A DNA stretch of 53,700 nt from Pseudobdellovibrionaceae bacterium. GTDB taxonomy: Bacteria; Bdellovibrionota; Bdellovibrionia; Bdellovibrionales; Bdellovibrionaceae. A program made the position numbers and the translations under genes. Shown here piece by piece: positions 1-8,800 of this stretch. The stretch's first letter is position 1; each line of letters begins with the position of its first letter. The notes below the pieces were generated by a model that was not told where the DNA came from, made no database searches, and saw only the letters and a list, made by a program, of their open reading frames with translations. The stretch is from the NCBI GenBank assembly GCA_039810425.1, contig JBDHWW010000022.1, positions 1 through 53,700 on the forward strand. Reading direction: 5' to 3'.

Positions 1-96
1 AAACCGCTCCCAGCACCTACGAAGTCGTCAAATCGCGAAAGTCATAACGCCAGGCATGTGGATATGGAGGTAATTTTAAAACTTGCGATGGATTAA
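1..96 (+). CDS. Possible 3' end of a CDS entering from the left edge
   Basis: Frame 1 is open from base 1 to TAA at 94-96 (KPLPAPTK...LKLAMD*) and is directly followed by a strong hairpin. Confidence 0.4.
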   Translation, partial: KPLPAPTKSSNRESHNARHVDMEVILKLAMD

Positions 97-97
97 A

Positions 98-144
98 AAA
101 CATCTGTCCTCCTTGACAGGATACTTGTGGGAGGACAGATGTTT
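98..144. terminator. 15-bp perfect inverted repeat, probable terminator
   Basis: AAACATCTGTCCTCC (98-112) / GGAGGACAGATGTTT (130-144). Confidence 0.65.
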
Positions 145-293
145 AGTTCATTTCGGTTAATTAAATTCGTGGAGCTTTTTGGCTCCGGGTCCCGAGTTCG
201 AAATCCCCCATAAGAACAGAGATCTAGCCCTAGATCTGAGATTTGCAAAACACAATAGTCATCGGGCGCGATCTTTCATATGCTTGAAAAAGC

Positions 294-800
294 ATGAAAC
301 ACCTCCTCTTTTTCACCATCATGATCAGCTTCCTGGCGGCTTGTTCAAAAGGGAACGACGACGTCGGTATCCCCGCTCTTGACGGTAATAAGCTTGGCGA
401 AATTTCAAAGTCCTTCTGTGCTGCCGGTGAAAAATTGGTCGAGCTCAATCTCGATCCCGTCCCTTTGCAATTTGAACTTTTAAATTCACCGGGAACCCTT
501 CTCGCTTTTATTAGCGGCACCGGTGCGTGTGCACTTTCAAAAGATGTAAATGAAAATTGGGGGGATGGCTGGTTTGGATTGCAAATTCATGCGGCCTGCC
601 TTCCCAACAGTAGCTTCTGGAAAATCACTGATGGTTACAACGCCAATGACACCCGCTACTACAAACTTGACAGTGCAGACCCATCAGGGCTGCCTACCAT
701 GGACATGTGGGGCTCCAGGACCCTGAACAGTGTCTATGCTCGCGATCATATCGGCATGCGTGTGATGAAATGCGCCCCGGCAAATTCGAAGCCGCATTAA
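294..800 (+). CDS. Hypothetical lipoprotein
   Basis: 168 aa, signal peptide with lipobox LAAC, several Cys. Confidence 0.75.
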   Translation: MKHLLFFTIMISFLAACSKGNDDVGIPALDGNKLGEISKSFCAAGEKLVELNLDPVPLQFELLNSPGTLLAFISGTGACALSKDVNENWGDGWFGLQIHAACLPNSSFWKITDGYNANDTRYYKLDSADPSGLPTMDMWGSRTLNSVYARDHIGMRVMKCAPANSKPH

Positions 801-811
801 AATTCAAATTT

Positions 812-1381
812 CTATTTCAAAAGCATCCCAAGATTCAAAAGTCCCAGCCCCAAAACCGCAGTCCCCAAGAGATAACTAAAAACACGGTAAAAACGCAGGT
901 TTTTAGTGAGTCTTTGTGCTTCGGTTTCAAAATGCGCCTTCAGGACGCGAATTTCCACTTCAAGTGCTTCGCGATAACCTTTTTCCTCATGAATCTTTAA
1001 GAGAGCCTTTTCGTGCAAAATCTGCGGGTCTTTGCCGATGAAATATTGCGGTGTTAAGCCCGGGATTTTTTCCTGCAAAGTCATATACCACTGCAAAGCC
1101 CGCCAAATATGAGGGGGAGCTTCTTCCCCGTCGCGATTCCAACGCGTCCAAGCCGAGGGGTCGACCATCAAAAGTTGGCAGATTTTTCGCTGAGAAAGCC
1201 CCAAATTTGCGCGAATTTTCTCAAGGCTTCCAAGTTGTTTTTGAATGACCGAAATCTGAGCCTCATAAAACATGCGAGAGGAGGTTTTCGATCGAACCCC
1301 TTGATCTGCTCCTTCAAAACCATCCAAAAAAGCCGGAATATTTGCTGCGCGAGTGGGATTTATTTCGGTTCCCATTTCCAT
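812..1381 (-). CDS. XRE-like HTH protein with coiled coil and C-terminal transmembrane anchor
   Basis: LEKIRANLGLSQRKICQLLMVDPSAWTRW is HTH-like; hydrophobic tail VFSYLLGTAVLGLGLLNLGMLL; GGAGG RBS upstream. Confidence 0.8.
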   Translation of the reverse strand: MEMGTEINPTRAANIPAFLDGFEGADQGVRSKTSSRMFYEAQISVIQKQLGSLEKIRANLGLSQRKICQLLMVDPSAWTRWNRDGEEAPPHIWRALQWYMTLQEKIPGLTPQYFIGKDPQILHEKALLKIHEEKGYREALEVEIRVLKAHFETEAQRLTKNLRFYRVFSYLLGTAVLGLGLLNLGMLLK

Positions 1382-1397
1382 CGTATCCTCCTAATTG

Positions 1398-1686
1398 ACG
1401 CTTTGCATTTTTAAATGACCATGTTGTGTTATGCAACTTAATCATTGTGATATACACATAAACACATTGTGAAATACAATTAATAATGAAATGAGGTTTT
1501 TGAATGGTCAAGCTAAATACTTGATTTCCCCGAAAGATTTTAAAATGAATAGCTAGGCAAGGGTTTTTTCGAATTCAACTCAAGTTTTTGGTTATATTCT
1601 TTAGTACTAAATATCTGAAATAACTAGTATTTTTGCGTTTGAAGTAATCGTAATTTCATCCCTACGCAGTGCATTTTTAAAATGAC
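1398..1686. repeat. Imperfect ~22-bp direct repeat pair with quasi-palindromic core
   Basis: ACGCttTGCATTTTTAAATGAC (1398-1419) and ACGCagTGCATTTTTAAAATGAC (1664-1686). Confidence 0.7.
1514..1526 (-). promoter_or_regulatory. IHF-like binding site
   Basis: Reverse complement AATCAA-GTAT-TTA matches WATCAA-N4-TTR. Confidence 0.5.
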
Positions 1687-1741
1687 TCGATGCATTCATA
1701 AAAACCACACTCACTCGCGAGACAAATGCGATGCGTTATTG

Positions 1742-1768
1742 TTATCGGCATATTTAGGCTTTTCTTTA
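1742..1768 (-). promoter_or_regulatory. Sigma-28 (FliA) promoter pointing toward the HTH gene
   Basis: Minus strand TAAA-gaaaagcctaaatat(15)-GCCGATAA, exact consensus. Confidence 0.8.
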
Positions 1769-1844
1769 CAAAGGTCTGGGGCTTCTTAATCATCAAATAA
1801 CGACGTTTTTGTGGGCTTTTTCATCGATATTTTGAGGTTTCATT

Positions 1845-2381
1845 TTGGCTAGTTCCGCAGTTCGATACTCACTGAACAAAAACAAATATCTTTTGCCGCC
1901 TGAAGTCGAAAGACTCAAAAAAATCATCACGGATTTTCAGGATAAAGACCCACGGAATTGTCTGCTCATCGATCTTGGACTTCGGACCGGGACCCGCGCT
2001 CAGGAACTTTTGAACCTGACCATGGCTGATCTCAACACCTACGATGAAAGTGTTTTTATCCGGGGTTTGAAGAACTCCAATGACCGGGAAATTCCGCTTC
2101 ATTCCGACTTCTTTAAAAGGCTCCACAGATTCGCAAGTCAGCAGGATGGCAGACATGTCTTCGGTATCAGCTATCACCGCTTGTACCAGATCTGGGAGCT
2201 TTACAGACCCGTTCCGAAGAAGTTCCATTCTTTAAGGCATACTTTTGCGATTGAGCTCTATCAAAAGACCAAGGATCTGCGCTTAGTCCAGGTTGCCTTG
2301 GGGCACAGAAATATCACCAACACGATGATCTACGCGGATTACGTGTATTCGCAGCAAGAATTGCGAAAGTTAATTCTATGA
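1845..2381 (+). CDS. Tyrosine recombinase, catalytic domain only (FimB/FimE-like size)
   Basis: R in TGTRAQEL, K in GLKN, HSLRH, LGH and Y in TMIYA; 178 aa; TTG start after GAGG. Confidence 0.92.
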   Translation: MASSAVRYSLNKNKYLLPPEVERLKKIITDFQDKDPRNCLLIDLGLRTGTRAQELLNLTMADLNTYDESVFIRGLKNSNDREIPLHSDFFKRLHRFASQQDGRHVFGISYHRLYQIWELYRPVPKKFHSLRHTFAIELYQKTKDLRLVQVALGHRNITNTMIYADYVYSQQELRKLIL

Positions 2382-2575
2382 GGAAGATCTTCGCCGGAAT
2401 TATCACTCTAGCGGTTGCGGCTTTTGTCTCTTACAAAATGGGATACAAGTCGGGCGTATCGCAAATTGATGAAATGGCCACCGAGAATAAAGTAAAAAGC
2501 GAACTCGTCGAGCTGACCCGCCAAGTCTTTTCTTTAGTCAGACAAAAGGAAATGGACTCAGTAAAGACTTTATGA
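2378..2575 (+). CDS. Small membrane-anchored hypothetical protein
   Basis: 65 aa, N-terminal hydrophobic helix, ATGA overlap with the recombinase stop. Confidence 0.6.
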   Translation: MRKIFAGIITLAVAAFVSYKMGYKSGVSQIDEMATENKVKSELVELTRQVFSLVRQKEMDSVKTL

Positions 2576-2628
2576 AAATGACCGGCCAAGTTCGTTTAAA
2601 CCGTATGAATTAGAAAGGCTTGAGAACC

Positions 2629-4518
2629 ATGAGCTTGATTCCCCGCTCTATTTTATTTGGCAACCCCAACAAATTCAATGCGCAGCTTAGTCCTGACGGA
2701 AAATACATTTCCTTTATCGCGCCGAAAGAGGGTATCAACAATATTTGGGTCGCTTCTGTCGAAGATATCTCAAAAGCTGTCTGCGTTTCAGACGATAAAA
2801 AGCGCGGTATTGTTAACTATCATTGGACCTTCACTCCAGGACTTCTTATTTACAGCCAGGATCAGGGCGGCAACGAGAACTTTGCAGTTTACAAAGTTTC
2901 TGCAGAAAACGGTAAAGTTACAATGCTCGCTGGAGGTGAAAACTTCCGCGTGGACATTGCTCAATTGCATCACAAACAAGCCGAGCATGTCCTTTTATCT
3001 ATGAACGATCGTGATCCCCGCTTTATGGATTACCACAAAATTAACTTAATCACCGGTGAGCGCACTTTAGCTTATCAAAATGACAACGGATATGCGGGAA
3101 TCATTTTTGACTCTCAATTCAAGCCTCGCATTGCTTCTATTCAGTGTCCGGATGCTAGTGATGACCTTTTATTTTTTAATACGACCACGAATTCTTTTGA
3201 ACTTCAGTCCAAAGTTCCTTTTGAAGACACCCTAGCTACCGCCCTTTGGTTTTTTGGTAAGGATGATAGAACTCTTTTACTTTCTGATAGTCGCGGTCGC
3301 AATACGGCAGCTCTTAAAACAATGGACACCACAACTCGCGAAATTAAAATTATTGCGGAACATGCGAAATGCGATCCATCGGGTATTGAAATGCATCCTT
3401 ATACTCGTGAAATTTCGGCGGCAACGTTTACCTATGCAAAAAAAGAATGGGTCTTTCTCGATGAAGAGTTTCAAAAGCATGTCGAGTTTATCCAAAATCA
3501 GGAGAGTGGCGAACTTACTGTTTTTTCAAGAACTTTGGATGATAAAAAGTGGTTGGTGATTTTTTCTCCTGATAACGGTACACCGAAGTATTTTCTCTAT
3601 GAAACTAGTAAGAAAAAACTAAATTTTCTTTTTGAAACCCGCCCTGACTTAAAGGGGTTTAACCTTAGCCATGTAGAGCCTCGGGTCATCCGTGCACGCG
3701 ATGGAATGGAACTTGTTTCTTATTTGACTCAACCTTTAAATCCAATTGCTGGTCCTGGCAATCCAAACCCAATGGTTTTGGTGGTTCATGGTGGGCCCTG
3801 GGCTCGAGATCAATGGGGATTTAATTCTCGTATTCAGTGGGTGGTAAACCGAGGCTACACAGCCTTATCTGTAAACTTCCGTGGGTCCACGGGCTTAGGA
3901 AAGGCCGTTGCTAACGGAGGCAATAAAGAATGGGCAGGTAAAATGCATGACGATCTGATCGATGCCTGCCAATGGGCGATTGATGCTAAAATTGCAGATC
4001 CAAACAAGATCGCAATCTTTGGCGCGTCTTATGGTGGTTATGCCGCCTTGGTTGGTTTGACATTCACTCCGGATTTTTTCGCGTGCGCCGTGGATATTGT
4101 AGGGCCATCGAATATCAATACCCTTCTCAGTACGATTCCACCTTATTGGGAGCCAATGGTGGCTACTTTCAAAACCCGAGTGGGCGATTATACAACAGAA
4201 GAGGGAAAGAAGTTCCTCTTTGAACGTTCTCCGGTCAGTCGTGTAGATAAAATCAAAAAACCATTACTTATTTTGCAAGGTGCAAACGATCCGCGAGTGA
4301 AACAAGACGAGGCAGATCAAATCTATAAAGCTATGAAAGACAAAAATATTCCTGTGGAATACGTCCTGTTCCCGGACGAAGGGCACGGTTTCCAAGAGCC
4401 GCGCAACAATGTGGCCGCTACAGCCCTTATGGAAGAATTTTTATCGAATTATCTCGGCGGTCGTTTAGAGCCTATTACTGACGAAGTCAAAAACTCATCC
4501 GCACAAATTTTCAATTAA
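2629..4518 (+). CDS. S9 family peptidase (dipeptidyl aminopeptidase/acylaminoacyl peptidase)
   Basis: Beta-propeller N-terminus, HGGP, GASYGG nucleophile, NDPRV Asp, DEGHG His; ATG at 2629 preferred over TTG at 2620. Confidence 0.93.
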   Translation: MSLIPRSILFGNPNKFNAQLSPDGKYISFIAPKEGINNIWVASVEDISKAVCVSDDKKRGIVNYHWTFTPGLLIYSQDQGGNENFAVYKVSAENGKVTMLAGGENFRVDIAQLHHKQAEHVLLSMNDRDPRFMDYHKINLITGERTLAYQNDNGYAGIIFDSQFKPRIASIQCPDASDDLLFFNTTTNSFELQSKVPFEDTLATALWFFGKDDRTLLLSDSRGRNTAALKTMDTTTREIKIIAEHAKCDPSGIEMHPYTREISAATFTYAKKEWVFLDEEFQKHVEFIQNQESGELTVFSRTLDDKKWLVIFSPDNGTPKYFLYETSKKKLNFLFETRPDLKGFNLSHVEPRVIRARDGMELVSYLTQPLNPIAGPGNPNPMVLVVHGGPWARDQWGFNSRIQWVVNRGYTALSVNFRGSTGLGKAVANGGNKEWAGKMHDDLIDACQWAIDAKIADPNKIAIFGASYGGYAALVGLTFTPDFFACAVDIVGPSNINTLLSTIPPYWEPMVATFKTRVGDYTTEEGKKFLFERSPVSRVDKIKKPLLILQGANDPRVKQDEADQIYKAMKDKNIPVEYVLFPDEGHGFQEPRNNVAATALMEEFLSNYLGGRLEPITDEVKNSSAQIFN

Positions 4519-4541
4519 GAGGTTGACGATTAAGTTGCCGC

Positions 4542-4585
4542 AAAAAAGGGAAACGGCCGAGATGGGGGGACATCATCGGCCGTTT
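4542..4585 (-). terminator. Rho-independent terminator between convergent genes
   Basis: AAACGGCCGA (4551-4560) / TCGGCCGTTT (4576-4585) with an A-run at 4542-4547. Confidence 0.7.
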
Positions 4586-4616
4586 TGGGGGTTATTCAAA
4601 TTTTGCTGTCGACAGA

Positions 4617-4955
4617 TTAGAAGCTCATGTCAGCAGCGTTGATTTCGTTTGCCAAGCGCTTTATTTGCTTGGCTTCAGAAGGACGGTAGTGAACCATTTC
4701 TTTTTCAAAAGTCGTGAGGGACTTTTTAGATGGCGAGTTCACGTTGCCGTCAAAAGCGCCAGCCACTTCGACCGTTTCTTTTTTTGCATTTAATTGAGCT
4801 TGGTGGGTATCGCTCATTTGTTCTTTGAGTTCGTTACGCAATTGCATTTGGGCATTTTGATTCTCATTGATCATCGCGTTGAAATCTTCAACTTTAGCAG
4901 AAGAGATTGCAGGGATCATCATTGCCACTACGAGAGAGAGAAGAGTTGTTTTCAT
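4617..4955 (-). CDS. Secreted hypothetical protein
   Basis: MKTTLLSLVVAMMIPAISSA signal peptide; GGAGG RBS supports ATG at 4955. Confidence 0.8.
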   Translation of the reverse strand: MKTTLLSLVVAMMIPAISSAKVEDFNAMINENQNAQMQLRNELKEQMSDTHQAQLNAKKETVEVAGAFDGNVNSPSKKSLTTFEKEMVHYRPSEAKQIKRLANEINAADMSF

Positions 4956-5000
4956 AAGGTCCTCCAAGTTTTAATAATTCGGCTTATACCTAGTACTAGA

Positions 5001-5015
5001 GCAAGCACGGTGCCA
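5001..5015 (-). promoter_or_regulatory. Sigma-54 promoter (-24/-12)
   Basis: TGGCAC-cgtgc-TTGC on the minus strand, upstream of 4617..4955. Confidence 0.8.
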
Positions 5016-5163
5016 ACCCAGGTGCGCTACGATGGATTTGGAAAACGTGCCAACGTATCACCCCGGGAAACTGCCAATTTGGGGGTACAACTGTTCGGTT
5101 TCTAACAGGAAGGGTCGCTTATAATGGAGCTCGTGCTTGCCTCGGCGGTTTTGGTGGAATATT

Positions 5164-5178
5164 GTCTCACATTGAGAT
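5164..5178. promoter_or_regulatory. Palindromic motif GTCTCA-N3-TGAGAC, copy 1
   Basis: GTCTCA-CAT-TGAGAT. Confidence 0.6.
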
Positions 5179-5791
5179 GATAAAAAGCCTATTCCCGACC
5201 GACATATACTATGCCCCACTAACAACCGACGGCGCCAAACGCCTGAACAAGGACCTCCTACAGGAAAGCCTCAAATTTAGTGAGATTGACGAGGCCGGTA
5301 TTGAGTGGTCGGCAAAGAACTACCGCGGCGGCTATACCTCTTATGGCTCAATCGCCCATCTTCACCAGGTCTCTACGACCTTTGAGGACCTCAAAAAGAC
5401 CATCGATAAGCACGTTCGTAAGTATATTAAGCATCTCGAAATGGACGTAGATCCGAAGCAGATCCAAATGACAAGCTGCTGGATCAATATCATGCCGGAA
5501 GGGACCTTCCATACCATGCATATCCACCCGCTTTCTGTGATCAGCGGGACCTATTACGTGCAAACTCCGAAAAACTGCAGCGCGATCAAATTTGAGGATC
5601 CGCGCATGGTGGGCTTTATGGCCTCCCCTCCGCGTGCTGAAAATGCCCAAGAGCGCAACCAGCGCTTCGTGGAGTTAAAACCTCAGGCGGGCCATGTGGT
5701 GCTGTTTGAAAGCTGGATGCGCCATGAAGTGCCGCAGAACCATTCATCCACTGAGCGTATCAGCATCAGCTTTAACTACGACTGGATCTAA
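5177..5791 (+). CDS. TIGR02466-like putative 2OG-Fe(II) oxygenase
   Basis: WINI...HTMHIHP...SGTYYV...LFESWMRHEV...RISISFN; start at 5177 ATG or 5162 TTG. Confidence 0.85.
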   Translation: MIKSLFPTDIYYAPLTTDGAKRLNKDLLQESLKFSEIDEAGIEWSAKNYRGGYTSYGSIAHLHQVSTTFEDLKKTIDKHVRKYIKHLEMDVDPKQIQMTSCWINIMPEGTFHTMHIHPLSVISGTYYVQTPKNCSAIKFEDPRMVGFMASPPRAENAQERNQRFVELKPQAGHVVLFESWMRHEVPQNHSSTERISISFNYDWI

Positions 5792-5796
5792 GTGCG

Positions 5797-6534
5797 ATGC
5801 CGGCGATGTTGGAACTGCAAAATATCCAAAAGAAGTTCGCCGATCGCGAGATTTTAAAATCCGTCAGCTTAGAGCTTGGTGAAGGAGAATTCCTTTGCGT
5901 GCTTGGCCCCTCAGGCTGTGGCAAATCGACATTGTTGCGAATCATGGCAGGACTTGAAACTCCGAACGCGGGAAAGCTTGCGTGGCGAACTCCAGATCAT
6001 AACTTTGCCTTCGTCTTTCAAGAGGCCCAGTTGCTCGCATGGCGAAACGTTTTAGAAAATACCCGTTTGCCGTTAGAGCTGCAAAAACAGCCCGAAGATA
6101 TTCAAAACAAAAAATCCCGTGCAGCCCTTGAGAAAGTTCAGCTGAATAATTTTGAAAATCACTTCCCCCATGAGCTTTCAGGCGGCATGAAAATGCGCGT
6201 ATCCATTGCGCGCGCTTTGAGTGCTTCGCCGCGGGTCCTGTTCATGGACGAACCTTTTTCAGCCCTTGATGAAGTCACGCGTTTTTCAATGCAAAAGCAA
6301 TTGCGTGAACTTTGCGAAAAAGAAAAACTTAGCGTCGTGTTTGTTACGCACTCGACTTACGAAGCGGCTTTTCTTGCTGACCGCGTGCTCATGATGAATA
6401 CAAAAGGCGGCGAATTTATTTTAAATAAAAAGATTCAATACTCTTTACCCCGCACGGAAGAACTGCGCAGCGCTAGTGAGTACCAGGGAACTGTGACTGA
6501 GATCAGTCGTAAAATGCAGGAGGCTTTCCGATGA
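5797..6534 (+). CDS. ABC transporter ATPase, NitT/TauT family
   Basis: GPSGCGKST, LSGGM, MDEPFSALD, VTH. Confidence 0.93.
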   Translation: MPAMLELQNIQKKFADREILKSVSLELGEGEFLCVLGPSGCGKSTLLRIMAGLETPNAGKLAWRTPDHNFAFVFQEAQLLAWRNVLENTRLPLELQKQPEDIQNKKSRAALEKVQLNNFENHFPHELSGGMKMRVSIARALSASPRVLFMDEPFSALDEVTRFSMQKQLRELCEKEKLSVVFVTHSTYEAAFLADRVLMMNTKGGEFILNKKIQYSLPRTEELRSASEYQGTVTEISRKMQEAFR

Positions 6535-7289
6535 AACGCCTCAACTGGCCTGCGGTAGTGAGTTTTATCGTGGCGATTGCGGTTTTTGAAATCGCCGTCC
6601 GTCTTGGCTGGATCCCGGCCTTCTTGTTTCCAGCCCCCAGCACCGTGGTTGAAACATTTTTGGAAAATAGATCCGACTTTACGATTGCCTTCTTTGAAAC
6701 TTTGCGCGGCTCAATGACGGGACTCGTGTTGAGTGTTTTCTTCGGCACTGGTCTTGCGGTTTTGTTTTCGCTTTCAGATTTTCTACGAAAGTCTATTTTG
6801 CCATTTGCCGTCTTCTTTCAAACAGTGCCTATCATTGCGATCGCACCGTTATTGGTTATTTACTTCGGCTTTGGTATGCCGACCGTGATTGCGGCGGCCT
6901 TCATCGTTTCTATTTTTCCGATCATTGCAAATACTCTCTTAGGCCTTGAAAGCGTTTCTAAAGCAGAGCTTGAACTGTTTAAGCTCTATGGCGCAAGCCA
7001 GACTCAAAGCCTGTGGAAGCTAAAATTCCCAACAGCTTATAGTTCTATTTATGCCGGGCTCAAAGTTTCCATCGGTCTTGCGATCATCGGTGCGATTGCC
7101 GGTGAGTTCGTCGCAGGTGGCGGACTGGGTGCGATGATTGATTCCGCACGCACTCAACAAAGAATTGATATTGTGTTTGCGGCGCTGGCTTTGCTTTCTA
7201 TCATGGGTCTAGCTTGCATTATTTTACTTAAAGTACTTCACCGAACTCTTCAGAAAACCCGACCTTACGGATTGAACCTAAAGGATTAG
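6531..7289 (+). CDS. ABC transporter permease, NitT/TauT family
   Basis: Multiple TM helices, FQTVPIIAIAPL, GAIAGEF. Confidence 0.92.
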   Translation: MKRLNWPAVVSFIVAIAVFEIAVRLGWIPAFLFPAPSTVVETFLENRSDFTIAFFETLRGSMTGLVLSVFFGTGLAVLFSLSDFLRKSILPFAVFFQTVPIIAIAPLLVIYFGFGMPTVIAAAFIVSIFPIIANTLLGLESVSKAELELFKLYGASQTQSLWKLKFPTAYSSIYAGLKVSIGLAIIGAIAGEFVAGGGLGAMIDSARTQQRIDIVFAALALLSIMGLACIILLKVLHRTLQKTRPYGLNLKD

Positions 7290-7292
7290 CTT

Positions 7293-8231
7293 ATGAAAGT
7301 TATGTTACTCAGTTTATTACTCGCAAGTTCTGTTTCCTTTGCAGCCCCGACTGCGAAAATCAAACTCGCTCTGAACTGGAAAGCGGAACCTCAGTTCGGT
7401 GGCTTCTACACAGCTCAACTCAACGGCGAGTTTAAAAAGCGCGGCCTCGATGTTGAGATTCTGGAAGGCGGCTCTGGAACTCCGACCGTGCAAATGCTTG
7501 GTGCGAACAAAGTCGATTTCGCCATTGTCAGTGCTGAAGAAATCATCGTAGCTCAAGACCGTGGTGCTCGCATAACAGGACTTTTTGCCACTTACCAAAC
7601 AAATCCCCAAGCGATTATGACCCATGCGAATAATAACTTTAAATCTTTAAAGGAAGTCTTTGGATCTGAAGGCGTTCTTTCAATGCAGAGCGGGCTTTCC
7701 TACGCGCAGTTTCTAATAAAAAAATACCCGCAGCCGAAAGTTAAAATCGTTCCCTATCTTGGCGGCATCACTAACTTCGCTAAAGATCCTAAATATTCCC
7801 AGCAGTGTTTTTTCACATCAGAGCCACTGGTGGCAGAAAAAGCAGGCCTTAAAGTAAAAACCTTCCTAGTCTCTGACGAAGGCTTTAATCCCTACACGAC
7901 CGTGGTCGCGGTTCAAAGTGACAGTCTAAAGAAAGACTCTAAGACTGCCAAAGTGCTGGTTGAGGCAATCCGCGCAGGCTGGCAAGAATATTTAAAAAAT
8001 CCAGCGCCGACGAATAAGCACATGGCAGGCATCAATAAAGCTATGGATGCCGAGACCTTTATGAAAAGTGCTTTAGTACAAAAAGACCTGATTGAAACTG
8101 CCGAGACCAAACAAAAAGGACTCGGCTACATGTCGCTAGAACGCTGGCAGAATTTGATCTCACAATTAAAAGAACTTAAAATTATCAAAAAAGATCTCAA
8201 AGCCGAGGATCTTTATCAGAACCTAAATTAG
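7293..8231 (+). CDS. ABC substrate-binding protein, NMT1/THI5-like
   Basis: Signal peptide, LNWKAEPQFGGFY, GLDVEI. Confidence 0.88.
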   Translation: MKVMLLSLLLASSVSFAAPTAKIKLALNWKAEPQFGGFYTAQLNGEFKKRGLDVEILEGGSGTPTVQMLGANKVDFAIVSAEEIIVAQDRGARITGLFATYQTNPQAIMTHANNNFKSLKEVFGSEGVLSMQSGLSYAQFLIKKYPQPKVKIVPYLGGITNFAKDPKYSQQCFFTSEPLVAEKAGLKVKTFLVSDEGFNPYTTVVAVQSDSLKKDSKTAKVLVEAIRAGWQEYLKNPAPTNKHMAGINKAMDAETFMKSALVQKDLIETAETKQKGLGYMSLERWQNLISQLKELKIIKKDLKAEDLYQNLN

Positions 8232-8239
8232 GACTCTAA

Positions 8240-8800
8240 GTGGAAATTCGCGAACTGGAATTTAAAGACATTCCCGCTGTTAAAAGTTTTACTGATGTGA
8301 CTATCGGGAAAGGTTATTTTTCAGTCGCAGAACTCGAAGAGAACTTTAAAAAGTCGATTGCCGGCGATGTGATGTGTTCTTTTGTTCTTGCAGAGGGTGA
8401 AGTCATTTACGGTTTGCGCCTGGCCTACCCGCCAGGTCTTTGGACTAAAGGGAAAGGCAAAAAGCTTCGCAGCGACCTTTGGAAAGTGCCTCAAGACAAA
8501 GCCGCCTACTTTCAAAGTTTATTTTTAGCCGACAGTGTTCAAGGTCAAGGCTGGGGCCCGGAACTTTCGGCGGCCTCGATTGCGGCTTTTAAAAAACTTC
8601 ACACCGAGGCCATTGTCACTCATGCCTGGAAAGAGTCCCCAAACAATTCTTCGATTCGTTATTTGACCAAACAAGGATTTGAGTCTGTCGCGACCCATCC
8701 TGAGTACTGGATTGATGTTGATTACGAGTGCGTGCTCGATGGCAAGCCTTGCCGCTGTACCGCGGAAGAAATGATTTTATATCTCAAGGAGAAAGCATGA
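8240..8800 (+). CDS. GNAT family N-acetyltransferase
   Basis: QGQGWG acetyl-CoA motif, N...GF motif, C-terminal Cys cluster CVLDGKPCRC. Confidence 0.8.
   Translation: MEIRELEFKDIPAVKSFTDVTIGKGYFSVAELEENFKKSIAGDVMCSFVLAEGEVIYGLRLAYPPGLWTKGKGKKLRSDLWKVPQDKAAYFQSLFLADSVQGQGWGPELSAASIAAFKKLHTEAIVTHAWKESPNNSSIRYLTKQGFESVATHPEYWIDVDYECVLDGKPCRCTAEEMILYLKEKA

Noticed and set aside
170..210. tRNA-like fragment (GGAGC/GCTCC stem followed by GTTCGAA) as a possible att site for the recombinase
   Set aside because: The anticodon-like loop is 6 nt, the T-stem does not pair, there is no acceptor stem and no duplicate in the window
1416..1440. dif-like half site TTATGCAACT near the recombinase
   Set aside because: No matching partner arm with a 6-bp spacer; no convincing 28-bp dif seen anywhere in the window
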